This document shows positions 31,631-44,258 of a DNA stretch of 64,000 nucleotides, in pieces. The DNA comes from Caecitellus pseudoparvulus. Lineage: Eukaryota > Protista > Bigyra: Bicosoecida. The position numbers and the translations under genes were made by a program. Within the stretch, counting starts at the first letter, position 1. The number at the start of each line of letters is the position of its first letter. Where the stretch lies: NCBI GenBank assembly GCA_965644315.1, contig CBFFRQ010000065.1, positions 359,439 to 423,438 on the forward strand, written 5' to 3'. The notes beneath the pieces are model-generated. The model was not told the DNA's origin. It searched no databases and saw only the letters and a list, made by a program, of their open reading frames with translations.

Positions 31631-34554
31631 CGCCAGAGTCATTCAGCCCGCCCCAGGGAGTCAGCGTTGCGGTCTCCTCAGGCGCAGTGCTGTTGGCCTG
31701 TGCAGCCCCTGCCGCTGCAGACTGCCGCCGTGTCCTGCTGCGCCCAGCTGCCCCCTTGCCAGTCTTGCGTGCTCGACGCTGCAAGCTTTGCAGGTGAGCC
31801 AGCCAGGGGGGGTTTCGAGCGGCACTCCCACTCGGCACAGCGCGGGCCGAGGACTTGCTGCGCTGGGGCGCCTGCCGCTTGCGTGTGCGCTTCTTGGCTT
31901 TCTTGGGAGGGCTTGCCGCGTCTTCGCAGGCAGGCGCCGGTGTCGCCTCCGAACTTGCGCCGCCCCTGACTGTGGCAGTGTCTGCCGGTAAGGCAGCTGC
32001 CGCAAGGTGCAATTTGGCCTGCAGACCAGCCAGACCCTGTCCGATGCTGGCCAGAGTGTGTGCGTCTGCGGCTGTGGTTCGCTCGGGCGGCTGCTGCGTG
32101 GCCGGCGGAGGCGGCGACGCTGCCAGGGTAGTGGGCGGCGCGGCAGGGGATGTGGAGGGCAGCTCCCACACACACGGTGGCCCCCCCTCCTCGTCACTCG
32201 TGTCGACATCCACGTCAGGGGGGGCCGCCTTGTACGGCGTGCTGAAGGGGGCTTGCGTCGCAGACTCTAGCGCCTTGCCGAACGGGTCACGGCCCGAGTC
32301 AGCGGGCAGGGGCAGGGGCGTGGGGAGGGTGGCGGCGTAGACGTGGGTGCGGGTGCCGTGGGGTGGGGGCGCGATTTCAGATCGCATCCTTCCGAAGATG
32401 CGCCCCACGGCCTGCGAAGCTGTCTCACCCTCCCCGTCAAATGCATGGCTGGGCCCGTGCCCCACCGCCCCACCCGCCTGGGGCGGGGAGGGCAGTGTGA
32501 AGGGTTGCCGCAGCACCGCCGCTCGAGCATTGTCGCTGGTGGCGCGGTGGACTTGCGTCGGCATGTGCGACGTGCGCGCGTGCGACGCCGCCACCGCCCC
32601 CCCCCCTGTTGCAGCTGCACCAGCCTGGCTTGTGCTGGGCAGCGTTGCAGATGCAGTGGCGCTATTGTAGGCTGGAGGCGGGCCGTCTTGGCGTGTCACC
32701 TGCGCCGGCACTGGCGCTTGTGCGAGTGTGGTCGGTGGCAGCGGGGCTTGGACTGGCGCCGGCGCCCGAGTGCCCAGCAGGGCGAGCGAAGCGTCCACTG
32801 CCGCCTGCCCCCGGCGAGAAGCCTCCAACTGCCTGCGCAAATCCGCGGCTATGTCTGCGTGGGCTTGGGCCGTTCGCCGGGCCTCGTCCAGCGAGCGCTG
32901 TGCTGCGTTTCGTTGGGACACGGATGTGGCTGCCTCGGCCTGAGCAGAGGCCAGTTGCTGGGTGAGGCTTGCTTCGCTGGCCTGTGTGCGCGCCAGGCTG
33001 CCCTGGAGGCGGCCGTTTTCATCACGCAATTGCTCGACACTTGCTCGGAGCTCAGACACCTCGCCTGCCGCACTTGCCGCTTCTTGCCGCACCTTCTCGT
33101 CAGACTGCCGTGCTTCCGCCAGGGACGCCTCTAGGCCGGACACTGTGCGAGTCAGCACCTCGTTGCGCTGCTGTGACTCCGCCAGCTGATTCTGCAGGGT
33201 AGCGGTCATGGCCTCCAGACGCTGCACCTGCTGCGTTGCACGCGCCAAGTCACTGCGTGCGACGTCCAGCTGAACCTCGGCAGTGTCCGCACGCTCCTGG
33301 GCTGCGCGTGCACCGGCCTCAGCTGCTGCTTGTTTGGCAGCTGCCTGCTGCGCTGCAGAAAGTGCCTGCGTCAGCGCTTCCTGCGCCTGCTCAGTGCAGG
33401 TGTCAGGTGCTGGCGCTGGCGGCGCGGCAACCACGGGGGCTGCGCTGGTGGGCGCACTTGACTCGCTGTGTGTTGACGTGGCGCTGGGCACCGGTGGCGT
33501 GGGCTGCGCGGCAGCCTCTGTGGTGCGTTGCTCCCCCTGCAACGCCACAGCCAGCTGCTTCAGCAGGGATGACAGCTCGCCACGTGAAGACGGCGAGGGC
33601 AGTGCGCCTTGCGAAACAGGCGGCGGTGTGGCTGTTTTGTCCTCCTGACTAGCGCTGGCGCTGTCCGCCACTGGCGGCGGCTTGGGGCTGGCACCGGCAA
33701 CCGACTGAGCTGCGCCACGCTCAGCGGTCAAGGCAGCGGACACGGCGGCCGTCACTGCCGTGGAAATGGCCTGTGAGAAATCCACAGAGGTGGAAGAGCC
33801 TGCGATGGAGCTTGCCATGCTGTCTGAGCGCTTTCGGTCTGCCCCGTCGTCGCGGTGTGACGGGGGCCGGGGCTGAATGGCAGGGCTCACAGGCGCCTGC
33901 AGCACTTGTTGGTGGTTCCAGCGGCTCCCGCCGCCCCGGCCCTGTGGAGGCCTGCTAGATGCAGCACCATTTAGACGCAGCGCTCGTTGCAGTCTCTGCT
34001 CGATGCCGCTGCTGTTCACGACGTGGTGCGCCTGCGCAGGGTTGGGAATGGTGACGGGTGCTGGACCAATTTCCGCACTGCTGTACGAGCCGTCGCTCAC
34101 GTGTCCAGAACCACTGACAGCACCAGCTAGTGAGCTCTCGAAGCTAGACACTGATGAAGATCGGACCTGCAGGGGGGGCGTCAACGGGTGCGTGCACTGT
34201 AAGGGTGCACTGCGTGGCAGACATGCCCGCTCGTAACGGACGCACAGGCAGAAAGTCAACGGCAGCGCTCGCGCCCTGTGTAGAGGGAGCGGGAAAGACT
34301 AAGGCAAGATGTACGAGGTACCGCCAGTGCACCGCCTCTTCCCGCACCTGGACACTGGGTGCGTGTACTGCATGCACGTCCGAGACGCTGCTGAGGCCCA
34401 AGCCGCTGTGTGCCCCTCTGGCTTGGCGTGGCTCCGGGAACGACAGCGTCTGCTGAACGGAAGGTCGCCCCTGGCCAGCACTGGAGAGAGATGACTGGAA
34501 GGCCTTGAGTTCGGCCAGAGCTGCCCGCCTGCGCTGCGTTTCGGGCGAGTCCAT
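31599..34554 (-). CDS. Hypothetical coiled-coil / low-complexity protein
   Basis: Exon 1 (34554-34348) splices via GTGCGG..CTGCAG (34167-34347) into the 886-aa frame. A heptad-rich Ala/Gln/Glu segment lies at ~32820-33390. Confidence 0.6.
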
Positions 34555-34799
34555 AGCAGGGTGTGGTGATGCTGTGGCGGTCAGGGAGCCTGGCCGTCAA
34601 CCCTTGCTTGGAGCAGTGCTGCCTGCGCCAAAGTGGCGAGCTGGACAAATGCACGTGCATAGTTAGTAGGAAAGAGCTGGTGCACTCATTTTGTGTGCTG
34701 CCTCCAAGTGCGTGGAGCAAGCCTGTGCGCTGTTGTGCGAGGGTGACGGGTGCAGCAGCTTGAGTCAGTGCAGAGCGGCTTTCACACAGCCCCAGCCCC

Positions 34800-37025
34800 A
34801 TGAGCGACTTGTACCGGCAATGGATACGGGCCATTGATGCCGAGGACTCTGGCGAGCTGAGGCGGCTGCGGGAGGGCGCAGACGCAGTGCCAAGCAGTTC
34901 AGCTGCGGTTTTTGTGTGTCGAGCCAGCACAAGCACTTCACCTTTGGCGCTGCACATCTTGCTGGGCACCCCTGGATTCGGCTACGAAGGGCCCTGCTTC
35001 AGTGTGGAGGTCCTCTCCACTGCTTGGGCTGATGCGCCTTTCTTGCGGCCCTTCGCTGTGCGGCTGTTGTTGCAGGCTGGCGTGCACCCAGACACGCCGC
35101 TGCGGCACCGGCGCTGCGCCCGCCTGCTCGCCTCAAGAAACGAGGAGGAGGTTGAGATCCTGCTGCATGCAGGAGCTCAAGTGTTGGAGCACCCACCTGG
35201 GCCGTCGTTTACACTGGCCAAGCTCGCCTCATGGGCGCCACCGGGCCTGCTGCGCCTGGCGTTGAAGCGAATCAACGCTGAGCTGTCAGGGAGCGCCGGC
35301 GCGTGTGAGGGCACAGGGGGCTTTTCCTGCTCTGGGCTCGTGTTCCGCATTCTGTGTGGGCGCGGTGCCGCCCTGGTGGCCGAGGTGCTGCCTGAGCTGC
35401 AGGCACTGGCGAGCGTGGAAGGCGTTGACTTAGCGGAGCAAGGCCAGTCCCGGGATTCAGATGGCCACGCCTGGGCAGGCCTCCACATGAAGCTTCACGA
35501 AGCTTGTGAAGATAGCTTCCAAGCTGTGAGAGTCGATGACGTTGATACACTGCTGCGGTACCTTCGTGCAGGCCTCATTTCGCCCGCCAGCACAAGAGCT
35601 GACAAGTCAGCAGTCCCATTTTCCGCAAGCAGTCTGCTGGGCTTCGCTGCGCGCTGCTGCGCATTGCGCTGCTTGCAGACTCTGCTCGAGTGGGGTGCCC
35701 GCCCAGACCAGCGTGCTGGGCGAAGTGGCGCCACCGCCCTGCACGAAGCGTGCCTTGCAGGTCATGCCTCAGCTGTGGCCGCTCTGCTGGCAGCTGGCGC
35801 CGACCCAAACGCCAGGCTGCTGGCACGACAGGGCAGCCACGACACCCCCCTCACGATGGCTGTGCACCAAGCAAGTCGCCACTGCACACCATCCACACAC
35901 GGGCCTTTATGCCGCCACCGCGGGGCGGACTGGCTGCAGTGCGTGGAAGCTCTGCTCGCAGGCGGCGCAGATCCAAATCGGAGCGGCAGGAAAGGTGCTG
36001 CCCCCTTGCACATTGCCGCAATAGGCGGCTCTGCCAGCTTGGTGACGACCTTGCTGGATGCCGGTGCATCCGTCCTGCAGCCCCGTGCAGACGGGCGCTG
36101 TGCGTTGCTCGTCGCAGCGGCTCACAGCAATGCTGCAGTGGTCAGCGCTTTCGTGAACCACACGCAACACCCCCCCGCCATCCTGCAAGCAGCCAGTGTC
36201 ACAGCGGCCAAGCGTGGAAAGGCAGCCATTCTGGAGGTGCTGTTGGACGCCGGGGCGCCTGGAACGTCTCTAGACGGAGCCTGGAGCGCAGTGCATGCGG
36301 CTGCGCGCAGTGGGCACTGCGCCGCACTCCGGCTGCTGGTGCAGTGCGGGGCGGCTTTGAACGCACCCAGCACGCGTCCGTTTTCCACACCCCTTGAACT
36401 AGCTGTTGCCAAGGTGCGCCTGCGCACTGTGCACACACTGCTGTCGCTGGGCGCACAGCCGTCGCCGTCACTGCGCGCAGAGGTGGTCTTGCCACCAAGA
36501 AACGGTGCAGGCCTGCAGCTGCTCGGCGGGGATATGCCGAAGTGGGAGGAGGCAAGGATGTCTCCCCATTCCATGTTTTCCAAAGCTGTGTACCGTGGCT
36601 GTGCCTGCGCGCTGCTGGTGTGGAGGGGCTTTTGGAGGTGGAGTGGCCACATCGCCCGGCGTTCTGGCGGCTTTGAGAACGCCGAATTGACCCAGGAATC
36701 CACGCTGCCGGCGTGGCGCAGCCAGGACGTTTTGGACGGCATTCTTCCGAGTGCAGCTGACCTCGTGCAGTGTGCCGCGCTCCTCGCGCGAGCTGGTGCT
36801 CTCCAGCGCCAGCGCAGAGAGTCAACTCCGTGCACGACCGTGCGCGTTGCGGTGCGCGCACAGGCCCTGCAGTTGGTGCGGGTGCTGCGGGAGCACCACG
36901 GAGAAGGGACGGAGTACCTGCACACAGTGTGGAGCAGCGCTGAAGGGCGCCCACTGCGACGGGCCATGGCCGATGCCGCGTGGCAGCTGCGGCGAAAGCT
37001 GCTGTTGTGCCGTGCAAACAGATGA
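34800..37025 (+). CDS. Ankyrin repeat protein
   Basis: Canonical repeats (GATALHEAC..GH..AVAALLAAGADPNA; GAAPLHIAA; SAVHAAARSGH; TPLELA) in a single open frame. Confidence 0.88.
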   Translation: MSDLYRQWIRAIDAEDSGELRRLREGADAVPSSSAAVFVCRASTSTSPLALHILLGTPGFGYEGPCFSVEVLSTAWADAPFLRPFAVRLLLQAGVHPDTPLRHRRCARLLASRNEEEVEILLHAGAQVLEHPPGPSFTLAKLASWAPPGLLRLALKRINAELSGSAGACEGTGGFSCSGLVFRILCGRGAALVAEVLPELQALASVEGVDLAEQGQSRDSDGHAWAGLHMKLHEACEDSFQAVRVDDVDTLLRYLRAGLISPASTRADKSAVPFSASSLLGFAARCCALRCLQTLLEWGARPDQRAGRSGATALHEACLAGHASAVAALLAAGADPNARLLARQGSHDTPLTMAVHQASRHCTPSTHGPLCRHRGADWLQCVEALLAGGADPNRSGRKGAAPLHIAAIGGSASLVTTLLDAGASVLQPRADGRCALLVAAAHSNAAVVSAFVNHTQHPPAILQAASVTAAKRGKAAILEVLLDAGAPGTSLDGAWSAVHAAARSGHCAALRLLVQCGAALNAPSTRPFSTPLELAVAKVRLRTVHTLLSLGAQPSPSLRAEVVLPPRNGAGLQLLGGDMPKWEEARMSPHSMFSKAVYRGCACALLVWRGFWRWSGHIARRSGGFENAELTQESTLPAWRSQDVLDGILPSAADLVQCAALLARAGALQRQRRESTPCTTVRVAVRAQALQLVRVLREHHGEGTEYLHTVWSSAEGRPLRRAMADAAWQLRRKLLLCRANR

Positions 37026-37165
37026 GGAGCTCTAAAAACCCCACCTCCAAAACGGTACAGGCGCTGTGCAGTCTCCGGAGGTGCTGCAGTGAAGCACCAA
37101 TGCCTGAAATGCATGGGTGATACCTTGGCTTGGCTTGTATTTCGGTGATAGCTGCAGCGGAGGTG

Positions 37166-38660
37166 ATGGCGTCTGTGCGTGGAGAGAAGCGGCGACGACC
37201 GTGCAAAGCCACACGCCAGCTCAACTGTCTCGCAGCGAACACGCACGAAGGATTTCTTTACGCTGGCCAGCGAGATTGCCGAGCAAGGAGATGCACACCC
37301 TCTCGTGCAGTCTCGGGCTGGGACAGATGGTACGGGAAGCTGGCGGGGGTGCTGGCGAGGCCGTTTTTCAGCACCACGCCGCTGCAACTTCCGCAGAGCC
37401 ACCGCTGCTGTTGCGCGGGGACAACTCCACGGACGCGTACATGATGGTGGCAGGTTCACCTTCGAGTGGCAAGTCGTCCCTGCTCATGAAGTACTTGAAC
37501 CCCAAGAAGGGTGTGTGTGCCGCTGGGCCCTGCCCCGGCGCTCGCAACGGCACCGCACTGGCCTCGCACCAACGCCCGCAGACGAAGTGCCTGAGCCGAC
37601 TGTGGCCATGGAGTACCGTTTCGCACGGCACAGTGGTGGGGCTGGTGGCAAGGACGTGGCCCACATTTGGGAGATCGGTGGCGGCACGACGCTGGTGGAC
37701 CTGCTGTCCGTGCCCATCACGCCACAACGCCTGCCCACCGCCAGCGCCGTGCTGGTGTTGGACCTGTCCCAGCCCCACAGCGTCGTGGACACGGCGGCCA
37801 CGTGGCTAAAGGCGACCCTCGCACGGGCGTCTGCCTGCATGGACAAGCTCAAGGCGCGTGACATGGCGTCGCATGATGCCATCGTGGCTGCCACGAACGC
37901 CCGACTGGCTGGGGCAAGTGCCGGTGCAGCGGCGACAGCTGGGGCTGGTGGTGCAGCACACCCCGACTTGCATGACATGACCCCCCTGCCCTGTCCCTTG
38001 CTGGTGCTGGGCGCCAAGTACGACGTCTTAGCTAGCCACGATGCCGCCAAACGCAAGCCGGTGCTGAACGCACTGCGGTACTTGGCCCACGTGTACGGCG
38101 GAGCGTTCATGGCCGTCAGCTCCAAGGACAAGGCCAGCATGACGAACGTGAAGGGTTGGTTCAACAAGGTCCTCTTTGGCGCCAGCCCGCCGCACTGCAC
38201 CCCCGACCTGGACCCTTCACACGCCGTGTTGGCCCCTGAAGGCGCAGACTCCTTTGCTGACATTGGCAAGCCGCCTGGCAGCACGACGCCGCCCCCCCCC
38301 AGTGCAGTGGACGCCAGCGTCGCTGCATGGAAGGCGGCCGTAGCGGCACTGTGGCCTGCGCCCGATCTGGGCGCTGCGGAGCGTGAAATTGACGTGGAAG
38401 CGGCAGTGGCGGATCACCCGGAGCCGGCGGTGGATGCCGCCCGAGCCACAAAGCAGTGAGTCTTCATGCCTTGCGCCATGTGTGCCAAGGAAGATGCCCT
38501 TGATCCCGCTCACTGCCTTCACAAACCCTGCTCTCACCTGCACAGGGAGGAACTGGAGCGGTACCGACGGGACGCGGAGCGCCGCCTGCGACAGGAAGCC
38601 AAGGCTGCGCAGAAACGCAGCAAAGGCAGCTCTGGGGGCCCTAAACGCAGCAAGAAGTAA
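37166..38660 (+). CDS. DYNC2LI1: Cytoplasmic dynein-2 light intermediate chain
   Basis: Five exons; GSPSSGKSSL, PTVAMEYRF, KDVAHIWEIGGG, VLVLDLSQP, LVLGAKYD, LRYLAH.YG. Confidence 0.92.
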
Positions 38661-38851
38661 GCGCACAGCCCTTCCTCACACCAAAATGTTGAAGACGTGC
38701 CCGCTTTACTGAATGCATGCAGTGCAGCTGGTGCCAGCGCCAGTTGATCCTCCTCCACTTCAAAGCCTGTGCGCCAGGCGTCGTCGTGCTGCACCTGGGG
38801 TGGGCTGGCGGGCTTGACCAGGGAGTTGGGCGAGTGCATCTGTTCCTAAGC

Positions 38852-39303
38852 ATGGCATCTTCTCAGGCTTCTGCCGAAGTGGAGTATTATGAGAAGCCTG
38901 GGCAGCGGTACCCGACGCCTTCCCCCGTGCGTGCTGCCGTTTTGCACCGAAACGCTCGCTACCTCGCCACCCTGCCCTGCACCACACACAGGGCGCCGGC
39001 GACCGTGTGTTCTATGAGAGCTTGTTCAAGGAGAAGGGAGAAGCCAGTGACCTGGCCGTCGTCTGGTGCATTGAGCATGGCGTGTTTCCTCTGGCAGTGG
39101 CAAAGGACATGACCAAGAAGTACTTGAAAGCGAAGGAGCGCCTGCGCTCCCGCACCATGACCAAGCCTGTCACAACAACGGCACCCTCCAAGAGCAGGCA
39201 GCGGGCTAGTGGCCCCACAGTCGTTGCGGAAGTCGCCGTGTCGGACGCGACAGTCGGCATGTCCACTGCCGCTGGCGACGGCATCGGCACCGCGGCGTTG
39301 TGA
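38852..39303 (+). CDS. Conserved hypothetical protein
   Basis: PGQRYPTPSP|GAGDRVFYESL...A..WCIEHG across intron 38927-38991. The motif resembles a small uncharacterised eukaryotic family. Confidence 0.7.
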
Positions 39304-39606
39304 GGCCCTGTCGGACTGGCTTTGGCAGCGCATGGAAGCGTCAGTATTGGTGCCACCCCGTCAGAATGCATGCATTGCAGCGGACGGGACAGACGCGCAC
39401 TGAGACCTGTGGGGGAGACGGCGCCCTGGCCACACCGCTGGGTGGGCGGGTGGGGCCGCGTCACACCGTGGCGGTGGAGGAGGATTTACTTGCCGTCTGA
39501 TAGGTTCTGCGCAAAGTGGGGTCGGGGAGGGGCAGGTGGGCTGGTGTGGACAAGCCCCAGCTCGGCACAGCGTGTGGGAGGGTTTGTGGCCAGTGAGTCA
39601 GAAGAC

Positions 39607-40532
39607 TCACTCATCACTCGCCTTGAGCGTGAGGACAACAGACAGGAACTGCTCGTAGTTAATGGTGGCGACGCCAGTGCCCTTGGTGCTGTGGACGGAG
39701 CGTTGAAGGCCGGTGTCTTGCCCGCGTGTGCTGGGCAGCGGTGGGCCGGCAGCACGCACTCGTAGCGCCGGAACATGTTGGTCATGCTGCTCAGCTCGGC
39801 GTTCATCTGCACGAACTCGTCGAAGCCCAGGGCGCCTGTCCTGTCGCTGTCGTAGCTGTAGAACATGAGCTGCATGATGGGCTCGCTGAGGCGGTACCCG
39901 AAGGAGGACAGGGCGGTGTAGGCTTCTTTGAAGTTGATGTTGCCGCTCTTGTCCTGGTCGAAGCCTGGGAGGGGTCGGTGGATGCTTGGTTCAGCTGGAG
40001 GACCACGCAGTGGGCGCCCCTGTGCGCCTGCTCTCACCGTCAAAGCTTGCCTTCCACTTGGTCAGGTAGTCCCACAGCCAGCAAAACCTGCGCAGGGCAT
40101 CAATCGGACGCGTGCGGCGCTGGCAGGGCATTGAAGCCCATGGGAGTCTGGGAAGCTTACTCCTGGTACCCAATGGTGCCAGACCGGTCCGCATCGAAGA
40201 TCCTGATGAGCATGCGGGCGGTCTTGTCCCTGGCGCACGAAGGCGTGGCGGGGTGAAGCAAGGTGGAAGCTGCCTGGCCCGCAGGGCGGGGGTACGAGGC
40301 CGCGCAGCGTTGACACGCACGAGAAGGCCCTCCAACCACCACTACTGAGAGCGCTTTGCAGCTCTGTCGCATCAATGGCGCCGCTGCGGTCTGTGTCGAC
40401 AGCCTGCGTAAGTTCCGCGAAACGCCGGGCTGGTTCCGCTCCAACGGAAACTGGCAGCGCCCAGCACAGCGCCGGACGCACCGCAAAGAGGCTGCCAAGA
40501 TTACCAGTACCACCAGTTGCACCTGCTGCCAT
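39607..40532 (-). CDS. Penta-EF-hand calcium-binding protein (ALG-2/PDCD6/peflin-like)
   Basis: Six exons with EF loops DTDRSGAIDATE, DADRSGTIGYQE, DQDKSGNINFKE and DSDRTGALGFDE, plus GVATINYEQF. Confidence 0.92.
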
Positions 40533-40707
40533 GTTTCTTCTGTGGGCTTTGCTGCTGCCGGGGCAGGAGCGTTCGAGGGATGCTGGGCCTGGCCCTGACG
40601 AGAGCGGTCTGAACTTTGGTTGTGTTGTACTCGGCGTGTGAGGCATGTGTGCAGCGTGATACTCGAGGTTGACAGTAGATATTTAATTTGATACACCTTG
40701 GCTATCT

Positions 40708-43700
40708 TCAGGCTGCTGGGGTATCGTCCAGCAAGGTGGTGGGGGTGCTGTGCACCGAGCTGCGCTGCTGTTGCAGCACGCGCGCTGGCCTGGCTGGTGC
40801 TGGCGGCAGCGTCACCGTCATGGCAGGGCGCAGCTGTGCCTTGGATGCCCGCACCTTGCGTGCACCGACGCCGTCGCCACGGCGGCGAGGCCAGTCGCAG
40901 CAGAAGGCGGCCAGGCGCTTCAAGCCACACACTCGTGGGCAGCAGCGCTTGCCGCAGGCGACACACGCCGCTCGGCGGGCTCGCCAGGCCCCCCCCTGCG
41001 CATCCCGCTGGTGTCGCCAGGCACACGCACTGCACACGGCCACAGCCATACCCCGCCTGCACCCCAGCAAGCCCGCCATGGCCAGCACCACCACTTGCAG
41101 CACGATGGAGGTGTACAGGGTGAAGGCATCGGACAGGAGGGGTCCGGGGGTGGGGTCCACCAAGTGGGACACCACGCCGATGAGGAGGGGCAGGGACACG
41201 AGTGGCGTCAAGAGGAACATGACCGTGAACACCCCCTGCAGCCGCCAGTTCACTAGCAGCGCACGGCTGAGTTGCCCCAGGCCCAAGTACCAGCCGTAGC
41301 AAGAGAGGCAGCCGGCGACACACGCTCCGTGCAGGCGGCAGCAGCCCAAGCACCGCCGCAGTCCGCCACTGGAGCAGTGTGCAGCAGTGGGCGTCAGCAG
41401 GAGCAGGCCACAACACACTGGCTGTGGCTCACCCGCATCCTGCCACGGGCTGCCGAGGAGCAGCCCATCCCGGGCCAGGGGGCTGCCTGAGCTCAAGCTG
41501 CCAGTGCTGATCTCGGGCACAGGGGACGAGGCACTGATGGAGCGAGCTTGCAGGCCCGCGCCCAGTGGCTGTGAGCGCACCCTGGAGGCTGTGGGGTGGG
41601 AGGCCACGCTGCCCGTGATGGAGACACCCCCGTATACGCCGCCCCACGCACGTCCCATGGAGGCGCTGGTGTCCCGAAGCTGAGGCAGCAGGGCCGTGCC
41701 CCGCGTGCCTGCGGAGCTGGAGGTGCTGTGGCGCGTGAAATGGCGCCCTCGTGTTTCGGAGGAGGTGGGCGTGTCGCCTGACACATCCCGTCGGGGGGGA
41801 GACAGCATGATGCCTTCCGTGCCGCCAGATCGGATGCCGCTGCTGGCGCTGGCAGTGCCTGAGGGGTGCTCCTCCACCCCCTGTCGCTGCCACCGGGAGC
41901 TGCGCTGGGTGCCGGAGCCAGAGGCCTGGGATGCCGTCGTGTTCAGAACACGTGCAGCCACGGCGGCTCCCTCGGGGGACATGCTGGCGTCAGGCAGGAC
42001 ATCGTGGGCTTTCGGCGGGTCGGGGTGCATCAGGCTGCCACGGCTGTTGAACATCTGAATGCCAGCGAGGGACCCCCGGCCAGGGGAGCCCCGTCGGCTC
42101 CGCTTGCGTACCCGGCGCCCGGGGGAGGCGCCCACCCGGCGCCCGCTCACGCCTACCGGGCGCGGGCTGGTGTACACGGCGGGGCCGCCCCGACGGCTGC
42201 CCAGCCCGCTGTCACTGGAGCTGCGCACGCGCCGGCCCCAGTCACTGTGCCCAGTGCGGGTGCCTGTGGTGGGGGAGGGGAGGGGGGACACGCCCGTGGG
42301 GGAGGGGGGGTCAGTCAGCTCGATGCCAGACACCCCCCCAGAACCAGGTGCCAGGCTGGAGCCTGAGCGTACGGGCCTGCCGGCGGGCGTGGTCGGCTCA
42401 GGACCCCCTCTGGACACCGGCGCAGCACTTGCCTGGGGCTTGTCCGGCCGGCCCTGTCCATGGAGGGGAATGCCGTGCCCCCGGGCAGGGGGGCTGCCCG
42501 CGTGCACGGCAACCACGGCTGATGTGACGGCTGGACGGTTGAGCGGCGGGAAAGCCGCTTTGGAAGGCGCCACCTCGCCACTCTCCAGGCGGTGGAAGGC
42601 TGACTCTGAGTCAGAGGCGTCCATGAAGGAGCGGGTGCGCCCACCTGCCGCCGTGAAGGGCGCGAGCACGTGGGCGTCGGCGGCCGCGTGCATGCGCTGC
42701 AGGCCCGCCACGTGCTGGGCTTTGGCTGCTGCCACCATGAGGCGTTCGAACTCAGCCGAGGCGGGGCTCGCTGCTGCCTCTGAAGCCCCAGGAGGTGGGT
42801 CGGACGGGGACACGGGTGGTGCCGGGCGCGGCTTGGCTCGGGGTGGCTGCTTGGTGGTGGAGGTTGGCGGCGAGTCCTTGCGCTGCCGCTGCAGCTGTTG
42901 AAGCTGCTGCAGCTGCACGAAAGCGTGCCCTTTCAGGTCGCTGCTGGACGAGTGCGTGGCGTCGCTACCGGTGGCCTCTGACACAGAGCGCAGTCGGAAA
43001 CCCCGCTGCACGGAGGCCTTGCTGGGGCGGGAGCCACCCCCCACAGACCCAGTGGGTGGTGGCGGCGTAGGGGCTGACACACGCCGTGTGCCCGCCGCAG
43101 ACGCCTCCCCGTCGTCTGCGGCGGGTCGGGGCAGGCTCTCTGTCACACTGCTGTGCGCGGATGGGTCAGGTGCCAGTGTGCCTGAGCCAGCCGCTCCAGA
43201 GTTCGCCCGCCCAGGGCGGGAACCAGATTGGCGCCCCGTGGACAGCTCCAGACTGCCGTGCTGGCGCCCAGGCTTGCTGCGCACACTGGCCAAGGCTTGC
43301 ACCTTGATGCGCTGGTGACGCGCCAGCAGCTCCACGAGGGAGCCCGAACCAGCACCCGGAATGGAGCGGGCAGACCGTGAGCTAGGATGGTAGGCCGTGG
43401 CGTCCTGGGGCGAGGCTGGGCGAGGGGCTGCTCCCGACTCTCCACGCTGGGCAGTTGCCTGTGTGGCCTTGGTCAGTGCGGAGGTGCGGTGGTGCTGCAG
43501 CATGCGTCCCAGGCACGCCGCCAGCACCACTGCCAACACCAGTGCAGGCAGCCCCAGCGGGTGCAGCAGCAACGCCCACGCTGGGGCTGGTGGTGTGCAG
43601 GCACCCCCCAGAATGCTGCCATCCAGCGCACCATGCTGTGTGCTGCCGGTGTAGGTGTAAGCAGGCGCGCTGCCAGCAGCAGTCAGCGCAAGCAGTGCTG

Positions 43701-44258
43701 GCAACGCCATCAGCTGCCACCGTCTCCACCGAGCCAGGAGCTGCTGGCGGTGGTAAAAAGTTGCCGGGTCACTGGCATCGGCGAGCAGACACGCTGCAGC
43801 AGCGGCAGTGAGGAGCAGGCCAGACCACGCCGCTGACCCTGCCCAGGACTGTGGAGGGAGCGGGCGACGCAAGTGCGATGTGCCTCCGCGTGTGCAGGGT
43901 GAGGCGTGGGGAGGTTGTCAAGGTGCGGGGGGGTTTCTCCGCGGCCTGCCCACGCAGCAAGCGCACACGCACGTGGATGTGACACCAGAGCCCAGTCTCG
44001 CCACGAAAGGCCACAAGGACGGCGTGCACTGCCATGACGCAGGCAGCCAAGGCGACAAAGCCCGCGGCCGTGCTAGAAATGTGGCTGCAGTGGCGGGGAG
44101 CGCACGCGCAGTGCAGCGCTGAGTGTGAAGCACTGTGCAGGGCCTAGTACGCACCCGATGACGCCTGCAGCGCCCAGTTCCCAGACTAACGAGACATATG
44201 CTGACAGTGCTCCCACTAGGAGGGCCAGCACTGCGTACGCGACGCCCGCTGCAGCCAT
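40708..44258 (-). CDS. Hypothetical membrane protein: N-terminal TM bundle, long Ser/Pro/Gly-rich region, C-terminal TM pair
   Basis: Three exons (second intron 43849-43972) splice in frame into the 1054-aa ORF, with hydrophobic helices at both ends. Confidence 0.55.
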
